A stretch of DNA of 64,000 bases from the NCBI GenBank assembly GCA_019828565.1, contig JAHDYR010000053.1, positions 98,214 to 162,213 on the forward strand, read 5' to 3'. Position 1 is the first letter of the stretch. Each line of letters begins with the position of its first letter. A model generated the notes under the pieces. That model was not told the DNA's origin. It did no database searches and was given only the letters and a program-made list of their open reading frames with translations. Source of the DNA: Carpediemonas membranifera BICM. Lineage: Eukaryota > Protista > Fornicata. The position numbers and the translations under genes are program-made. Positions 1-12,855 of this stretch are shown piece by piece.

Positions 1-46
1 TCACGTACCGCCAAGGCCAAAGCGTCACAAACCCACCGCTGTCCAT

Positions 47-527
47 CGAAATGGCGAACTTAAGAATAGAAAGAATACTCGGCAGCTTTAACGTAGTAGG
101 CATGCACATATCACTAAGAAACATCAGCAAGCGAGCGCAGAGCATCATCAGCAACAATAATCCCTAAACAACATCAGAGTACCATAAGTCCACCACGTCC
201 ATACGATATGAACTATAAATGAACCACTGAGCAGTACAGATGATTTGAAAGTACTCAGGCATGGCCAGAATACCGCAATTATCGTCCGTTGATCCACGTG
301 ACCTCCATCTTGGTCGGTATCCAGAGAACCTCCGTCAGACGCTGGCAACGGAACATTTAGGGGAGCATCCTGAATGGGGGCCAGATCTTGAGTGGACCCT
401 TGGTCTCGACATGCCATGACCGAGTACTCTAGGGGCCTCCACAGTGCGTCCCGAGGTACGTTATAGCACCACAGACCTTCCCCCAAAAGCTGACTCCTGG
501 ACCCCTTTGGCCGGAGCTCGCCGAAAC
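47..527. repeat. Module P, a non-coding block upstream of the OTU genes; other copies at 32661-33382 and 50014-50741 (inverted)
   Basis: High sequence similarity among the three copies. Confidence 0.8.
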
Positions 528-801
528 GTGAAAATCGGCGATGATTTCTCCGTATAACGTCATAGGGGTTATATGGGGCTCGCTCAGCCGTGCAGATAAC
601 GGCTCTGGCCATATTAAATTTGCTGAAAAGGCCCCGGCTCGCTGGCCGGACGATTTGAATCAGCATCGGCGAGAATGGACGTGTGCGGGTAGGGCTAGGT
701 GTGATGACGGCGGTGGTAGTCACGGTATGAGTTCCGGACAAGCCGCAGGCGATATACATAAACTCTTAGTAACCATTTAACGCGTCTCTCGGCGATATAC
801 G

Positions 802-2541
802 ATGCTAGACTTCGTTCACTTGGCTGGAAGAAGCCACTCTGAGTTCGAGAAGAAGGAGCTAATGACCAAGATCAATGCAGCTGCAAGCGCTAAAAGGCAA
901 ATGCGACGTCCTTCGCGCGCTTTTGCTGCCCGTAGGCGCGATTTGTACTCGCTACTGTGATCAAGGAACGTACGTTACTGAGCAGAAATTGTTTACACAG
1001 GTGTTAATCTCAAAGCGTATTGCCACGTTCTTCCGCCTCACGCGCCAGGAGACAGAAGATATGAAGAAAGGACCTTAAGGCGCAGTTTATGGCGACGATG
1101 AAATTGAATGAGGGGTGAAAGGGTCACAGGGGAACTACAAAGAAAACACTGAAGCAGGTCCTCGGCGGGGATACCTTCACGCACCTGTACGACGGCGAGG
1201 TGGAGAGCGCGCGTATTCGGGTGAAGAAGAGCATTCGTGAGGCTGAGAATGAAGACAAACGCTAGGCTTGAGTGAACTCGCGAAGGGAGGAGGAGACGAG
1301 GACATCAGGGATTGTACTCGGGTTCAGATGATGAAGCTGGCCGATGAGGAAGACCGAAAAGGAGTTGGAAAAGGAGATGGAATACACGCGCGAGTCCAAA
1401 GTATGATGTGGTATGGGGAGCGAGTGTACGATGAATCTGCGGTACTCGTCGTGTGCGGGCCCGCAGGGATAACGCCCCTGTCCCGGCGAGGATCACGCCG
1501 ACCACGTGTTTCCAGCGCTATCTCTGGGCCGACCAGATCGATACTCAGGCGCTTACTGGCGAGAAGACGTTGACCACGAGACTCCCTGCTGAAGCTCGAG
1601 TCGTACGTCGCGTGACAGCCAGTCTGATCTCTGCTCAGAAGACGGAGATCCAATCTCTCAAGGAGCAGGTCGAGCGGCTGAAGAAGCAGGTGACTGACGA
1701 GAGAAGAGACCACTTTCTTGAGTGCAGGCGTATCCATCATGAGCATGACGTTGGGTACCTTGCTTCCTGCGATGTTTCGTTCGCCGCCAGCCCCATGCCG
1801 CCACAGTCTGGCACGCTCTCCAGGACTTCCCTGCCCCCGACGCGCTACGAACGAGCCCGAGGCCTCCATGTCTGTGAAGCGCAAGGCCCTCTTCATCACG
1901 CCCGAGAAGGCCAGGCCTGGGGACTCAGAGGAGGGAGACAGAGGGAGGAGCAGGAGGAGGCGAAGGGAGAAGAGGGGTGAGGCAGAGAGGAGACGGTGAA
2001 CACATGCGACGCCTGCATCCAGACTGAGCCGGGAGACTCAGACTCGCATCACCCAGAGGCCGCGGTGCAGACGTGCATCAACGCGGGAGGCTCTCACGGC
2101 TGGCTGTACCTGCGATTCATGTCAAGAGTGACGGCAACTGCGTTGCATATTGTCTCAAGCCATTGAGTTGGGTGGCAGAGTTGATGGCGACTTCGAAAGT
2201 GGCAGCGTGGCCTCTGCCAGTCAGTGAAGGCCAAAGTACTGGTCTAAGAAGAATGTCACGGAGCGTAGCCTGACAGATCGGACTCCGGCTACTATAACTC
2301 GAACGCCATCCGAGTCTGGGCGAGGAAGCAGAAGCGGAACATCCTTGTTGTCCAGTCATACGACGGATACAACGGCATGCAAGGCATCTCCGCCATCTTA
2401 TACCTGTTTGATGGCACCACCATGCTTGCACCCGATGCAGACTTGTGGGGGTTGACAGATAATTTCGCTATTGTCATCGAAGGCGATCCGGCTCACGCCA
2501 CGCTGTACCAGAAGAAGTGCGAGGTCGTTGAGATTGAATAA
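802..2541 (+). pseudogene. Frameshifted OTU-domain gene (divergent N-terminus plus OTU-a domain) with a 31-nt intron at 970-1000
   Basis: 2005-2555 is near-identical to 10727-11278 (HVKSDGNC...GDPAHATLY). It has many single-base indels and a GT..AG intron at the same position as in the T2 copy. Confidence 0.7.
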
Positions 2542-2589
2542 AGATTTGGATATGCCTTTGTAGTGCGTTCGACTGTGTACGTTTAGGAG

Positions 2590-3332
2590 AAGGCTGAGAC
2601 GGAGAAGAAGGAGGACAAGGAGGTGGAGACAGAGGAGAAGAAGGGTAAAGTAGGCAGACGAGGAGGAGCCTGACACGGTGGTGCGTGGGCCGGAAGATGA
2701 CGACAATATGTCAGTCGTGTCGATCAGTGACAACGAGCATGAGCCTGAGCTGGTCTTCGACGTACAAACCGCGATCGACAGGATCCTGACCTGCCCCTGC
2801 CAAGGAGATTCACCGTGACGGAGCCTGCATCGCTCATTCGCTCAACGACATTAAGCACGGCCAAGTACTGGGTAAGAATCGAATCAAACATTTCAAAAAA
2901 ATCATCTGAGAGAACACACCGAGGAATCCATGGCCAAAAAGGCCGAGGGCCAGGTCAGGGGGCACATGGTGGGACCCTTCCGAGCTGTTCAACGGCCAGG
3001 GCTGGCTGACAAGCACTGCTATCTCGGCTTGGACGCATCTTGAGAAGGAGAAGGTCATGGTCCTGCAGCGCAGAGAAGAGGAAGATGGTCGCATAGTCAA
3101 CTCAGCGACTGTTTACGACAACGGAAGGGTCTACCCTCAGGATTTCAGAAGTCTGACTCAACTCAGTGATGCCATCAGGGAGACGGGCCACGAGAAGGTC
3201 ATTGTCATTACGGGTAATCATGCCACGGTGTATCTCGTGGCGGAGCTTCTGTCAGATGGCACTGGTGAAGAGAGTGTGCCGAAGAGGGAGGAAGTAAATG
3301 GTTTGATGTGTTCGGCTGTCTTTCATCTGTGA
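2590..3332 (+). pseudogene. Degenerate third OTU-like domain variant (OTU-c) preceded by an acidic linker
   Basis: WLTSTAISAW...VIVITGNHATVY aligns with T3 WLTQWAVEAW...VEVTRGHATL; no intact GNC motif seen. Confidence 0.5.
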
Positions 3333-3381
3333 AATGAGAACAGGCGTGAGTGTCATGGACACAGATGGCCCGGACAGCGTT

Positions 3382-3854
3382 GCCTCCGTCTTGGCATTTG
3401 TTGAGGACAACACAGCTGTAAACGACAATAAGATGAAACAGAAGTAGCAAGCAATGTTTAATAACGTATGAACAGTCCTTTTGATGTTGTTTAGTGATTT
3501 TGTGCATTAACGACCGAGAACAGTGGAGTGCAACGCAGATGTTGGTTATTGATGGTAGATTGCGCGCTTTTGACGACAGCTGGTTGCTTTTGCAGTATAA
3601 AGAACCACATAGCTGCCACTAGTTCCTTCCAATAATGCTTTCCCGCCATTTTGAGGTTGGAATGAAATTCCAAGCACCGTGCACTTTATGTAATTGCCCA
3701 ATATCAACGCCACCCCCGCCCCCCAGCGCCTCCACGCCCCACGCCAACGCCACCTCCGCCCCTGGCGCTCAGTTCAGGAGATGTCCGGTCGATAAGCCAT
3801 AAACTGCACGGATCCACAAACGTGGATTGGCCTGAACGACAGCGCTGAGGCCCA
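3382..3854. repeat. ~470-bp direct repeat, copy 1 (copy 2 at 5414-5887), flanking the HEPN gene
   Basis: Near-identical from GCCTCCGTCTTGGC to CGCTGAGGCCCA. Confidence 0.95.
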
Positions 3855-3875
3855 GACATGCACATATACATTCAT

Positions 3876-4888
3876 TTATTCCTGTCTCGCTCTCTTGCCT
3901 GTCTGATCGCGACGTTTGACCCACTCAAATGCCTCATCTGTGAGGTAGACAGAGACGTCGCGAGTATTCCCAGTCCTAACCTTCCGAATCAACGTTCGGC
4001 AAGGATCTTTGGGTGTCGTCGTTGAGGTACGACGGCAAGCCCACTCTGAGGTCTCGCATGAGCCCCCGCACACGATGCAACGTCCTGACAGGACAAGCGG
4101 GGGTCATGCGTTCTGGCCATAGCTAGCTGGTCCACCTGGCTAGCAGTCAGTGTGCGGGACATGAGCGTACCGCGCGTCTTGCCCGTGTCTTCGGGCCTGG
4201 GCCTCGGCTCATCCAGGTCTCCGACGTCCGAAGTCGTCATCGTTGCCTGCTCCAAAGTGGTGGGCTCCGGCTGAGACCTGACACCTGGCAGCCTGAGCAT
4301 GGTCTTACGGCCGCCGCTACGCAGCCTCTCAATCTCATCCTCAAGAATGCTGACCTTCTTCGTCAGAGCATGATGTTCACTTGTCGCAACGAGCGACACT
4401 GGCGACTTAAGCAGCGCGATGAACGCCCTGACGTTATCGTGCAATGGAACCGAGAAGGCCTGGGCCAATCTCTCGACCAGCTCCAGGACCTTGGGCAGGG
4501 TGTCGGGCTCAAGCTCATTGTGAGCTGCGCGGTTCCGGTACTCAACGAGATCACGAATGATCTTGGCATGGGCTTTGTTGTACGCCGCTCGATTGGACAT
4601 CTCACGAAGGATTCTTGATGAATCCACGTCCTGTTCGAGCTCTTTGCCGAGGAGGTCCTTCTCGGTGCTATTGGGCTTGCACCCGGGGTTAAATGCAGGC
4701 GAGGCCAAGATCTTCCGCATCCAAGGGACCATCATGGCGAGCAGCTGAAGAACTCGCGCATTATCGCCAAGGATGCGGAGCTGCTCATCGTTCCATGGTG
4801 AAATGAACAGGTGATGATCTTGTCGAGCGGATGATTGCCCTTTGAGAGGTGCTTGGCGATGCTTAGCGCGATATCGGTCCATCCACAA
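3876..4888 (-). CDS. HEPN-domain (Swt1-like) putative RNase with coiled coil and Cys-rich tail (frameshift near 4070)
   Basis: ORF 3989-4888 contains D-SSRIL...IIRDLVEYRNRAAH, an Rx4H HEPN motif in helical context. ORF 3876-4073 continues the Cys-rich tail. Confidence 0.65.
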
Positions 4889-5413
4889 CTGTGGATGACG
4901 AGCAATTTAAGGTAGGTGCCGCATCAGTCAATAACCCCGTGCTATCGTGCAATAGAACACAGTTAACACTGCTTTCCATGCGCAGCAACACAGCCTGTGG
5001 CGGAGAGACGCCCGGTATGGACGACACCAGGTGATCCACAAACGTGGATTGGCCAATTACGTCGGCCCCTCCCATCCCGCATCCCTCAGGATACGCAAGC
5101 ACAAGCTCTCTCCCTGCAGCACCTCTCTGGCGCTCTCTAAAATCGTCGTATAGCGTAAACAGAATGTGCCGCATCAGTCATTCGTTCATTTTATTCCACT
5201 TATCACTCTTGGTCATCCTCCTCATCACTCACCTCCTCGCGGATACTGACATCATCACGAGCCTCGTCATCCGCGAGTGTCAATGGCTCTGTAATAGCGC
5301 GGGCAGCGTTGGTATACTCACCGTTGAACTGTCGCTGGCCTCTCTGAATGCGATGAAAGCAATTCACGCACACCGGAACACGACGAGAAGGACGCTTCAA
5401 CATGTCAGTTCCA

Positions 5414-5887
5414 GCCTCCGTCTTGGCATTTGTTGAGGACAACACAGCTGTAAACGACAATAAGATGAAACAGAAGTAGCAAGCAATGTTTAATAACGTA
5501 TGAACAGTCCTTTTGATGTTGTTTAGTGATTTTTGTGCATTAACGACCGAGAACAGTGGAGTGCAACGCAGATGTTGGTTATTGATGGTAGATGGCGCGC
5601 TTTTGACGACAGCTGGTTGCTTTTGCAGTATAAAGAACCGCATAGCTGCCACTAGTTCCTTCCAATAATGCTTTCCCGCCATTTTGAGGTTGGAATGAAA
5701 TTCCAAGCACCGTGCACTTTATGTAATTGCCCAATATCAACGCCACCCCCGCCCCCAGCGCCTCCACGCCCCACGCCAACGCCACCTCCGCCCCCTGGCG
5801 CTCAGTTCAGGAGATGTCCGGTCGATAAGCCATAAACTGCACGGATCCACAAACGTGGATTGGCCTGAACGACAGCGCTGAGGCCCA
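5414..5887. repeat. ~470-bp direct repeat, copy 2
   Basis: Near-identical to 3382-3854. Confidence 0.95.
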
Positions 5888-6163
5888 AACAGGTGGTGAG
5901 ACATTAAAAAGACTCATTTGCAATCCATTTACTCAGTCCTCACCCTCTTACCACTTGTCTCGATCTCTGAATCATCCTCTATTGTGTTGTCCGCATGCTT
6001 CTGCTTTTCGGGCGACTCTACATGAGTCACCCTTGCAGTGGACGTGGTTGTGGAGCACCCCCAGTGTCTCCACGTCCGCCACCAGCGCCAGATCCGCCAC
6101 CATGCCCTACATCAGCACATTTGTGTATTTACTTTGTAAATTTGTCCTATTGCTATTGAAGCA

Positions 6164-8727
6164 ATGCGTTTCGAGAACTGGGAAGTCGTCATCACCTATG
6201 GGGCGGACAGTTCTCTTGGATCTATCATCACCGCTGTCTTAGACGAGTTTCTGCTCCGAAACCGCGACAAATCGTTTCGTTTAGACAGCAAGGAGCAGTG
6301 CTTGCGCATTCTCCGAGATTTCCTGACGTCATGTCCACTGAGGGTGACACATAGTGATGCTACGTTACGTAGTGCAGTCGTTAATGCTGATTGGAGCGCA
6401 TTGATGAGGAATCACAGCACTGCTCATGTGACTGTTACGCGAGTCGACAACGAGGCGAAGACGAAGAGCCTATACACGGCCATGGCAATTATCTGTGCCG
6501 TCGAGTTAGGGAAGAATCGCTACGACCGACTCCGCCATGCATTTGTTTCAATGGCCTCCGACATGGGAGTTCGCCTTGGAATTCACACTCCACCGGTGGT
6601 AGACAGTCTCCAGAATCTTGGGTATGACCTGCTGTCCATCCCAGCCATACGATCTGTTATATCAGACCCAACACTGATCGAGGACGTCAACGCGTTCACT
6701 CCTGAGCAGCCCGATGTCTCTGGGCGTGATGGGGTGTCTAACCAAGAGCTTCAATGTCAAGCAGGAGCCGGTTTCACGCGTAGCGTGGAAGTCGCGGAGG
6801 CTTTTTACGTCCTATATGACCCAACCACCCACACCGACCTGCAAGAGACTCTCGATGAACACGACTGCCTCTTCGCTCACCACTTCGAGAAGATATCGGG
6901 GAGTCACGGCTATACATTTCGCATGATGATCCATCCAAGCTGCCGGAGATTCAGAGATTATGCCGGAACATGGGCATCATTCCGCGTGGAACAAAGAAAT
7001 CTCACCGGATGGTGATCAGCGCTCTGTCCTATGACCCTGTCGCCCAGATTAAGTTCATGCTGAAGTTCCCCGACCGAGTTCAGCGCGATATCAAGTCAAG
7101 CAAGTTCGTTCAATCCGTCACTATTAACCCGGAGAGCCGACAGGAGGCTTATGGTCTTGAGATGCTCCTATGGTTTGATGGATATCGGGCCGACTGTACG
7201 GCGGTCAAATATCGCATAATTGATCGCGAGGGAGCAGCCCTACCACAGAAGATTACCCCACCCATGACGCTTCTTACATTTCAGGGCACAGAGAAGCTCA
7301 TTCCTTCGTTCTTTGATGATGTACAGCGGCTAATGAACAAGCTCATTGGTATCCCCTTCGCATGTGGTGACAGTTCGTTGCTCCCACGCAGCCGTGTTGT
7401 CATCAGCCTGCTCGGGATCTGCGGCGATCACAAAGCGTTGCAGATTGTTAGTGGCGTCAAGCGGGGACGATACTACCGCTCTCCATTCTCCTCCCTACAC
7501 ATGGGAAAGGTCGCAAGCGACCCGTTTGCCAATCGTTGCGATCGCTGGACAATCGCAGATAGCATCCGTCTTCGTGACGCTGGTGGCGTGAAAGACATGA
7601 CACGGTTTGGGTCCCGCGATGGTCACCGAGATGTCTGCTGTCTGACCTATGCCAACGAGATAGATGGCCCACTTCACGTGCTCACAAAGTACGCTGATGT
7701 CACGTTCATTCCACCTGTCATGCATGTGAGTCACTATCTTATGAAGGACTTCTGGACGCTGCTTGGCCTTGTCAAGGTTCAACACGCTGGTCAGAACGTG
7801 CACACACTTGAGCAGATTGAAAAGCTGTTCACGCGGACAACTGGCTGCAACGAGCAGAGCTGGAACAGACGAAAGCTCGCGACACTAGTCAACGAGCACC
7901 TTGAGGAGTTTGACCAGTCACTCCAGCCCTTCATACTCCTTACAGCCAAGTTACAGGCGTTGTATTACTCCTCTGACCACGTGACACACCAGACAATCGC
8001 TTTCCATCACGCGGCGTCCTTTTCTACGTTCATTATGTTCCATGTCTTGACGTTGTTCTATGACCTTCCATCGAGTCGCTCCTCGGTTGCTACGACGCTC
8101 AATGATGGTCTCAGACTGACTTACTCTCCCAAGTTTACCGGCTCGCTATATCTGAATGCAGTGGTGTCAGTTCTGCCCAAGGTTCACTCGAAACTGCGGC
8201 TTCCGATGTTCTATTTGCTTGAGGAGTACTTCGAACGTGATTTCCTCATCAATGCCCAGTTGCGAGTGGACAAGCATCGATCTTGGGTTCTCGGCTTCCT
8301 GGCTCAGAAGACAATGGTCGGTCGTGTCCTTGCTCACTACACCCGCCGTGGCTCATCGAGAAAGCATGGTATGGTGTTGCCGATTGCAAGGCAGTGTAAG
8401 TCTGTCACATTCTGCTCGTGTCTATTTGATGCCGACCGGTGTGCCGCCTGGAGAAATCGTCTATTAACTAAGGTACCCAACTGGGATAGGAGGCGAGCCA
8501 ACAGTCGCTGAATGCGCTGTTTAGTGGATGGGTCAAGGGTATCTGTGAGGAGCCGGAGGAGATCCGGGAACTCATCACTGTTGACGAGACAGCCAAGACG
8601 ATTTGTGTAAGGACGGCGGACAGTGGTCTGGATGAGACTCTCTGCATCTGCAATCTGTGCAACAGTGAGCAGCGAGCGGAGGAGCTGATGAGGAGGACTG
8701 GGCACAATCTTCGCCCGAGAAGATAGA
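6164..8727 (+). CDS. DDE transposase of CMC (Chapaev/CACTA/Mirage)-Transib type, split by frameshifts near 6960 and 8500
   Basis: Motifs WFDG (7171), ICGDHKAL..SG (7417), FIPPVMH..YLMKDF (7705) and LLEEYFER (8215) parallel Chapaev-type ICGDLK, LPPLHIKLGLMK and SEEQGERF. Confidence 0.7.
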
Positions 8728-9744
8728 TAGATGGATAATCGGAGTATGTATATAAAGGGTTCTTTATGTTTACACTATCTTCACCAATCTACAGTCAATT
8801 ACGTCTATTGCGAGCGAAGAACAGCTTTCAGTAAGAAATTTGAGGCAACTGTCAGGTAATTCTTAGTAACGTCGTCGGCAATGGCGTAATAGTCATCCAT
8901 TTCAGTCAAGTGACTCAGCTTAACGCGCATTTGCTTGATTTCGGCGATAAACTCGGCCCGCTTCATTCGTTTGTCATAAAGTGCATTCCGGCCATATCAC
9001 AAGTTTTCTTCATCACAAGGCACGCACGGGGGTGTAAGCGGGACCGAGGCTACCACCACAGCCTCTTCTGAGCCGATGGATACCTTTTGTTGATTTGCCA
9101 GAATTGACCAAACGACGAGGAATGCTTGATATGCCGCGTATGGATGATTTGAAGAAGAACTGAAGGTGAAAGACAAAGATCATAGAAATATACATCATGC
9201 GGCTCACTTTTGGAGACATTGGAGGTAAATTAGCTTTTAGGATCGTTTTTCGTTTGCCAGGCAAAGTTTTGAGTGTTTTCTCGAGAATACTCGATGCCGT
9301 ATGCAATCTTGCTGCTATTTGATGCAGAACAAAGGTTGTTATGTGACACAGATGTTCTCACTTGCTTTCGGCCTTCTTTGTTGGCGAGCAAAAGCAAACT
9401 TCTTTGGGAGCAATTCCCAAAAATCGCATCTTTACGCACCCAAGAAATTTTATCTCGGCATACTGGACCAGTGGGGGAGGCACGGCAGTCTATCCCGACC
9501 CTAGATGAACCATGAGACAGTTTTTCGACGAGAGTTTGTGCGATGCCACTGACTTCGCGAGTGAAGGTCTTCAGCATGTTGTACGGATGTCTAAACGATG
9601 CCTTGTGCAAGTGCAAGGCGTAATACGCTGTAGTTTAATTGTTTGAGCGCGTTCATTTTTTCTTGCAATCGTCCTTTTTTCATGTATTCCGGGACTTATT
9701 CCGGGACTTAAAGTCCCGGTTAAAGTACCAGAAAAAACAGCATG

Positions 9745-11263
9745 AAAGGAGGAGCTCCAGGATAAGTTGAAGAAGCAGTTTATGGCACTCGCCGGACCAA
9801 GAAGTTCCAAGAAGCTCGGCGCGCTGGCGAAGTGGGTTGACGACAACCAGGCTGATATCGTGTATAGCCAGGAGAAGCGCAAGGCGCGTAAGGCCATTAT
9901 TGAGGCCATTGACGCCGAGGAGAAGGACAAGGGCAAGGGCAAGGCCGAGAGCGCTAAGAAAGAACCCGTCGACGATGAGAGTGGCGTGGACAGTGGTGAA
10001 GAGAGCGGCGTCGACGATTCTGAGTTGTGCGACAGTGAGAGTGAGGTGGACTTTGACAACGAGTCCGACGATGAGATTAGAGAACGCGCGATCAAGCGCC
10101 GGCGCGAGAGAAAGATCGCCCAGAAGCTCAAGGAGTGGGAGGACAATAACGCTCGCAACTACGTCCTGTGGCATAGAGTCCAGAAGGAGGTGCACGGCGA
10201 GCTTCGCATTCGCGCCTCTCGAGAGTCAGCTTCGGTTGCTGGGGACAACCACGTCGACGTCCAGTTCGACAGATACCTTCGCGTATCCAAGCTGCTCGAA
10301 ATGAAGGACTGGATTCACAAAGACCTCCCATCTCTTCCGATGGAGGCACGAGTGCTCCATCACAAGGCGCAGAAGAGAGTACTCGAGCTGGAGGAGACCG
10401 TCACGAGGCTGCTGCAAGACGTGGGGTACGCAGCTGACATCTCCATGGGTGCCAGCCCGACACCCGCGCCGTTTCGCCGCGACCTACCCCAGTCGGGCAC
10501 ACACCAAGCACGAACGAGTACCCCCCGCCGTACGGGGAAGAGCGACACAATCCACATGAAGCGCAAGGCCCTCATGACAATCCCTCAGAAGATCGCTGAT
10601 GTCGATAACAACTCAGAGGAGTCAGACGAGGAGGAGATGGTGACAGAGGAGAAGAAGCGCGAGGCACACGAGGAGGTGGTGACAGAGGAGAGGAAGGGTG
10701 AGTCACATGAGGAGGACGTGACCAAATGCGACGCCTGCATCCAGACTGAGCCGGAGACTCAGACTCGCATCACCTCTGAGGCCGCGGTGCAGACGTGCAT
10801 CAACGCGGAGGCTCTCACGGCTGGCTGTACCGCGATTCATGTCAAGAGTGACGGCAACTGCGTTGCATATTGTCTCCAAGCCATTGAGTTGGGTGGCAGA
10901 GTTGATGGCGACTTCGAAAGGTGGCAGCGTGGCCTCTGCCAGTCAGTGAAGGCCAAGTACTGGTCTAAGAAGAATTTCACGGAGCGTAGCCTGACAGATC
11001 CGGACTCCGGCTACTATAACTCGAACGCCATCCGAGTCTGGGCGAGGAAACAGAAGCGGAACATCCTTGTTGTCCAGTCATACGACGGATACAACGGCAT
11101 GCAAGGCATCTCCGCCATCTTATACCTGTTTGATGGCACCACCATGCTTGCACCCGATGCAGACTTGTGGGGGTTGACAGATAATTTCGCTATTGTCATC
11201 GAAGGCGATCCGGCTCACGCCACGCTGTACCAGAAGAAGTGCGAGGTCGTTGAGATTGAATAA
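9745..11263 (+). CDS. Acidic/coiled-coil protein with C-terminal OTU-like cysteine protease; 5' part displaced by T0
   Basis: HVKSDGNCVAYCL (DGNC) and GDPAHATLY (His loop); two amino-acid differences from 33692-35188. Confidence 0.75.
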
Positions 11264-11378
11264 AGATTTGGATATGCCCGTGTAGCCAGCGGTTCATGAC
11301 CTGCAGCAGACATTTGGACGTACAGCGGGATACCACATCAATTAGGTCACTTGCGGGCTAAGATTGTCGTTGTCGATC

Positions 11379-11792
11379 GTCATTCACCGGAGGAGCAGGC
11401 CAGAGTCACTTGCCATCTGGCGCATCATGAGGAGATATTGGAATGTGATGATGTGTTTATTGACTAAATGAGCTGGAATTAGGCGGGTTTGATGTTGCTT
11501 ACATGTTCTGTGGCATGCCTGATGTCCAAAGATGTATTTTGGCACAGTGATGTTGTTTAGTGTGCTCATTGCTGACCGCATAGTTATCTGACGTCAATGT
11601 GTCGTGTTGATGGCAAGAAATCGATGGTAGCTCGCACGTTTGAGGTAGTTGCTTGTTGCATCGATGCAACGCACTTTAAGGATTAACCACCTGCACCCCA
11701 TAGCCGTTTCCTAAGGCCAGATACGGTCCTCTGTAGCGTATATACACGCGTGAATTGGGACTAGATGGGACTAGATGCAGTGTTGTGGCATG
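11379..11792. repeat. Module Q (~415 bp); copies at 13576-13725 (partial), 30260-30674 and 35304-35718
   Basis: Near-identical direct copies. Confidence 0.9.
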
Positions 11793-12034
11793 ATCTGCAA
11801 GATCGACCAGCCCCTGGATCACTTGGGCCTGCCTCCGTGCCCGGCCTGTTGCGATCAATGATGGTGATTACTTGCAACGAACGCGATCACCGGAAATTAC
11901 CTTACCTTACCTTACCTGCAGGTACCATGGGTGTTCGTTTTCGTCTCCAAACGCCATGGTGTAAGAGCATAAAGTGCATTTTCTGTTTACTGTGCCGTTG
12001 GGGATTGATGGCGCTGGCGTAGGGGTGCTGTGTG

Positions 12035-12492
12035 GGCGCCAGTGATGACGGCGCCAGGGATGAGACGCCAGGGATGAGGGAGCCAAGATGAGGGAGCCAA
12101 GATGAGGGAGCCAAGATGAGGGCGCCAGGGATGAGGGCGCCAGGATGAGGCGCCAGGGATGAGGGCGCCAGGATGAGGGCGCCAGGGATGAGGCGCCAGG
12201 ATGAGGGAGCCAAGATGAGGGCGCCAGGGATGAGGCGCCAGGGATGAGGCGCCAGGGATGAGGGCGCCAGGATGAGGGCGCCAGGGATGAGGGCGCCAGG
12301 GATGAGGCGCCAGGATGAGGGAGCCAAGATGAGGGCGCCAGGGATGAGGGCGCCAGGGATGAGGCGCCAGGGATGACGGCGCCAGGGATGAGGCGCCAGG
12401 GATGACGGCGCCAGGGATGAGGCGCCAGGGATGAGGCGCCAGGGATGAGGCGCCAGGATGAGGGAGCCAAGATGAGGGCGCCAGGGATGAGG
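12035..12492 (+). repeat. G-rich minisatellite (GGGATGAGGCGCCA and variants, 13-16 bp)
   Basis: Tandem array visible directly. Confidence 0.97.
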
Positions 12493-12504
12493 AGTACAGT
12501 ATTT

Positions 12505-12848
12505 GAACCCCGAAAACGCCATATTACCAGCACCAATGAGCTTCATCAACGAAGATGCGCTCACTGGTGCCTGTTATGGCGTTTTCGGGGTTCGTCGATC
12601 ATTCTGCTCCCAAATCTGCACCTGTATTTTCGTGAGCATGCCCGGGAGCTGGGCCAGACGAGTGGTGCCACAGGGACTAAGCTCCGCTGCTCAGCCTCTG
12701 CCAGGCGACACTCGTCTGAATTCTGCACGAAAAAATTCAGACGACGAATGATGGGCAAAGGGCCGCGAAAACGCTGAAGTACCAGCGCAAGTAGAGCGGT
12801 TTGCAATAAAATAGCTTACTTGCGCTGGTGCTGGCGTTTTCGGGGCCC
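12505..12848. other. Twin long hairpins (12505-12593 and 12760-12848) between the two minisatellites
   Basis: GAACCCCGAAAACGCCATA/TATGGCGTTTTCGGGGTTC forms a 19-bp perfect stem. ACCAGCGCAAGTA/TACTTGCGCTGGT and CGAAAACGC/GCGTTTTCG form the second hairpin. Confidence 0.9.
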
Positions 12849-12855
12849 TGAATTG

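Larger units (their letters stand above)
1..9744. mobile_element. T0: large CMC-like DNA transposon with transposase; left end outside window; inserted in the OTU gene of T1
   Basis: Right end ...GAAAAAACAGCATG (rc CATGCTGTTTT) matches the CATRCWGT terminus of T2/T3. Subterminal CCGGGACTT repeats occur direct and inverted (9689-9719). The sequence after 9744 resumes mid-way through the OTU gene seen intact at 33436-35188. Confidence 0.75.

Noticed and set aside
148-759. ORFs in module P (148-759, 32797-33180, 50214-50549) as genes
   Set aside because: The reading frame is not conserved among copies and there are no recognisable motifs.
3811-3832. ATCCACAAACGTGGAT mini-hairpin (also 5035, 5845 and 30689) as a Helitron end or recombination site
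   Set aside because: The stem is only 6 bp, there is no downstream CTRR end, the 30689 variant is synonymous in a - strand STFVD frame, and two copies belong to the larger direct repeat.
9571-10195. Antisense and overlapping ORFs on the OTU, pol and LINE genes
   Set aside because: They are shadow ORFs of GC-rich coding sequence.
12035-12492. G-rich array or (CTTAC)n as telomeric repeat
   Set aside because: The arrays are internal, have heterogeneous 13-16-bp units and sit at a fixed position within transposons; the pentamer runs are only 3-4 units long.
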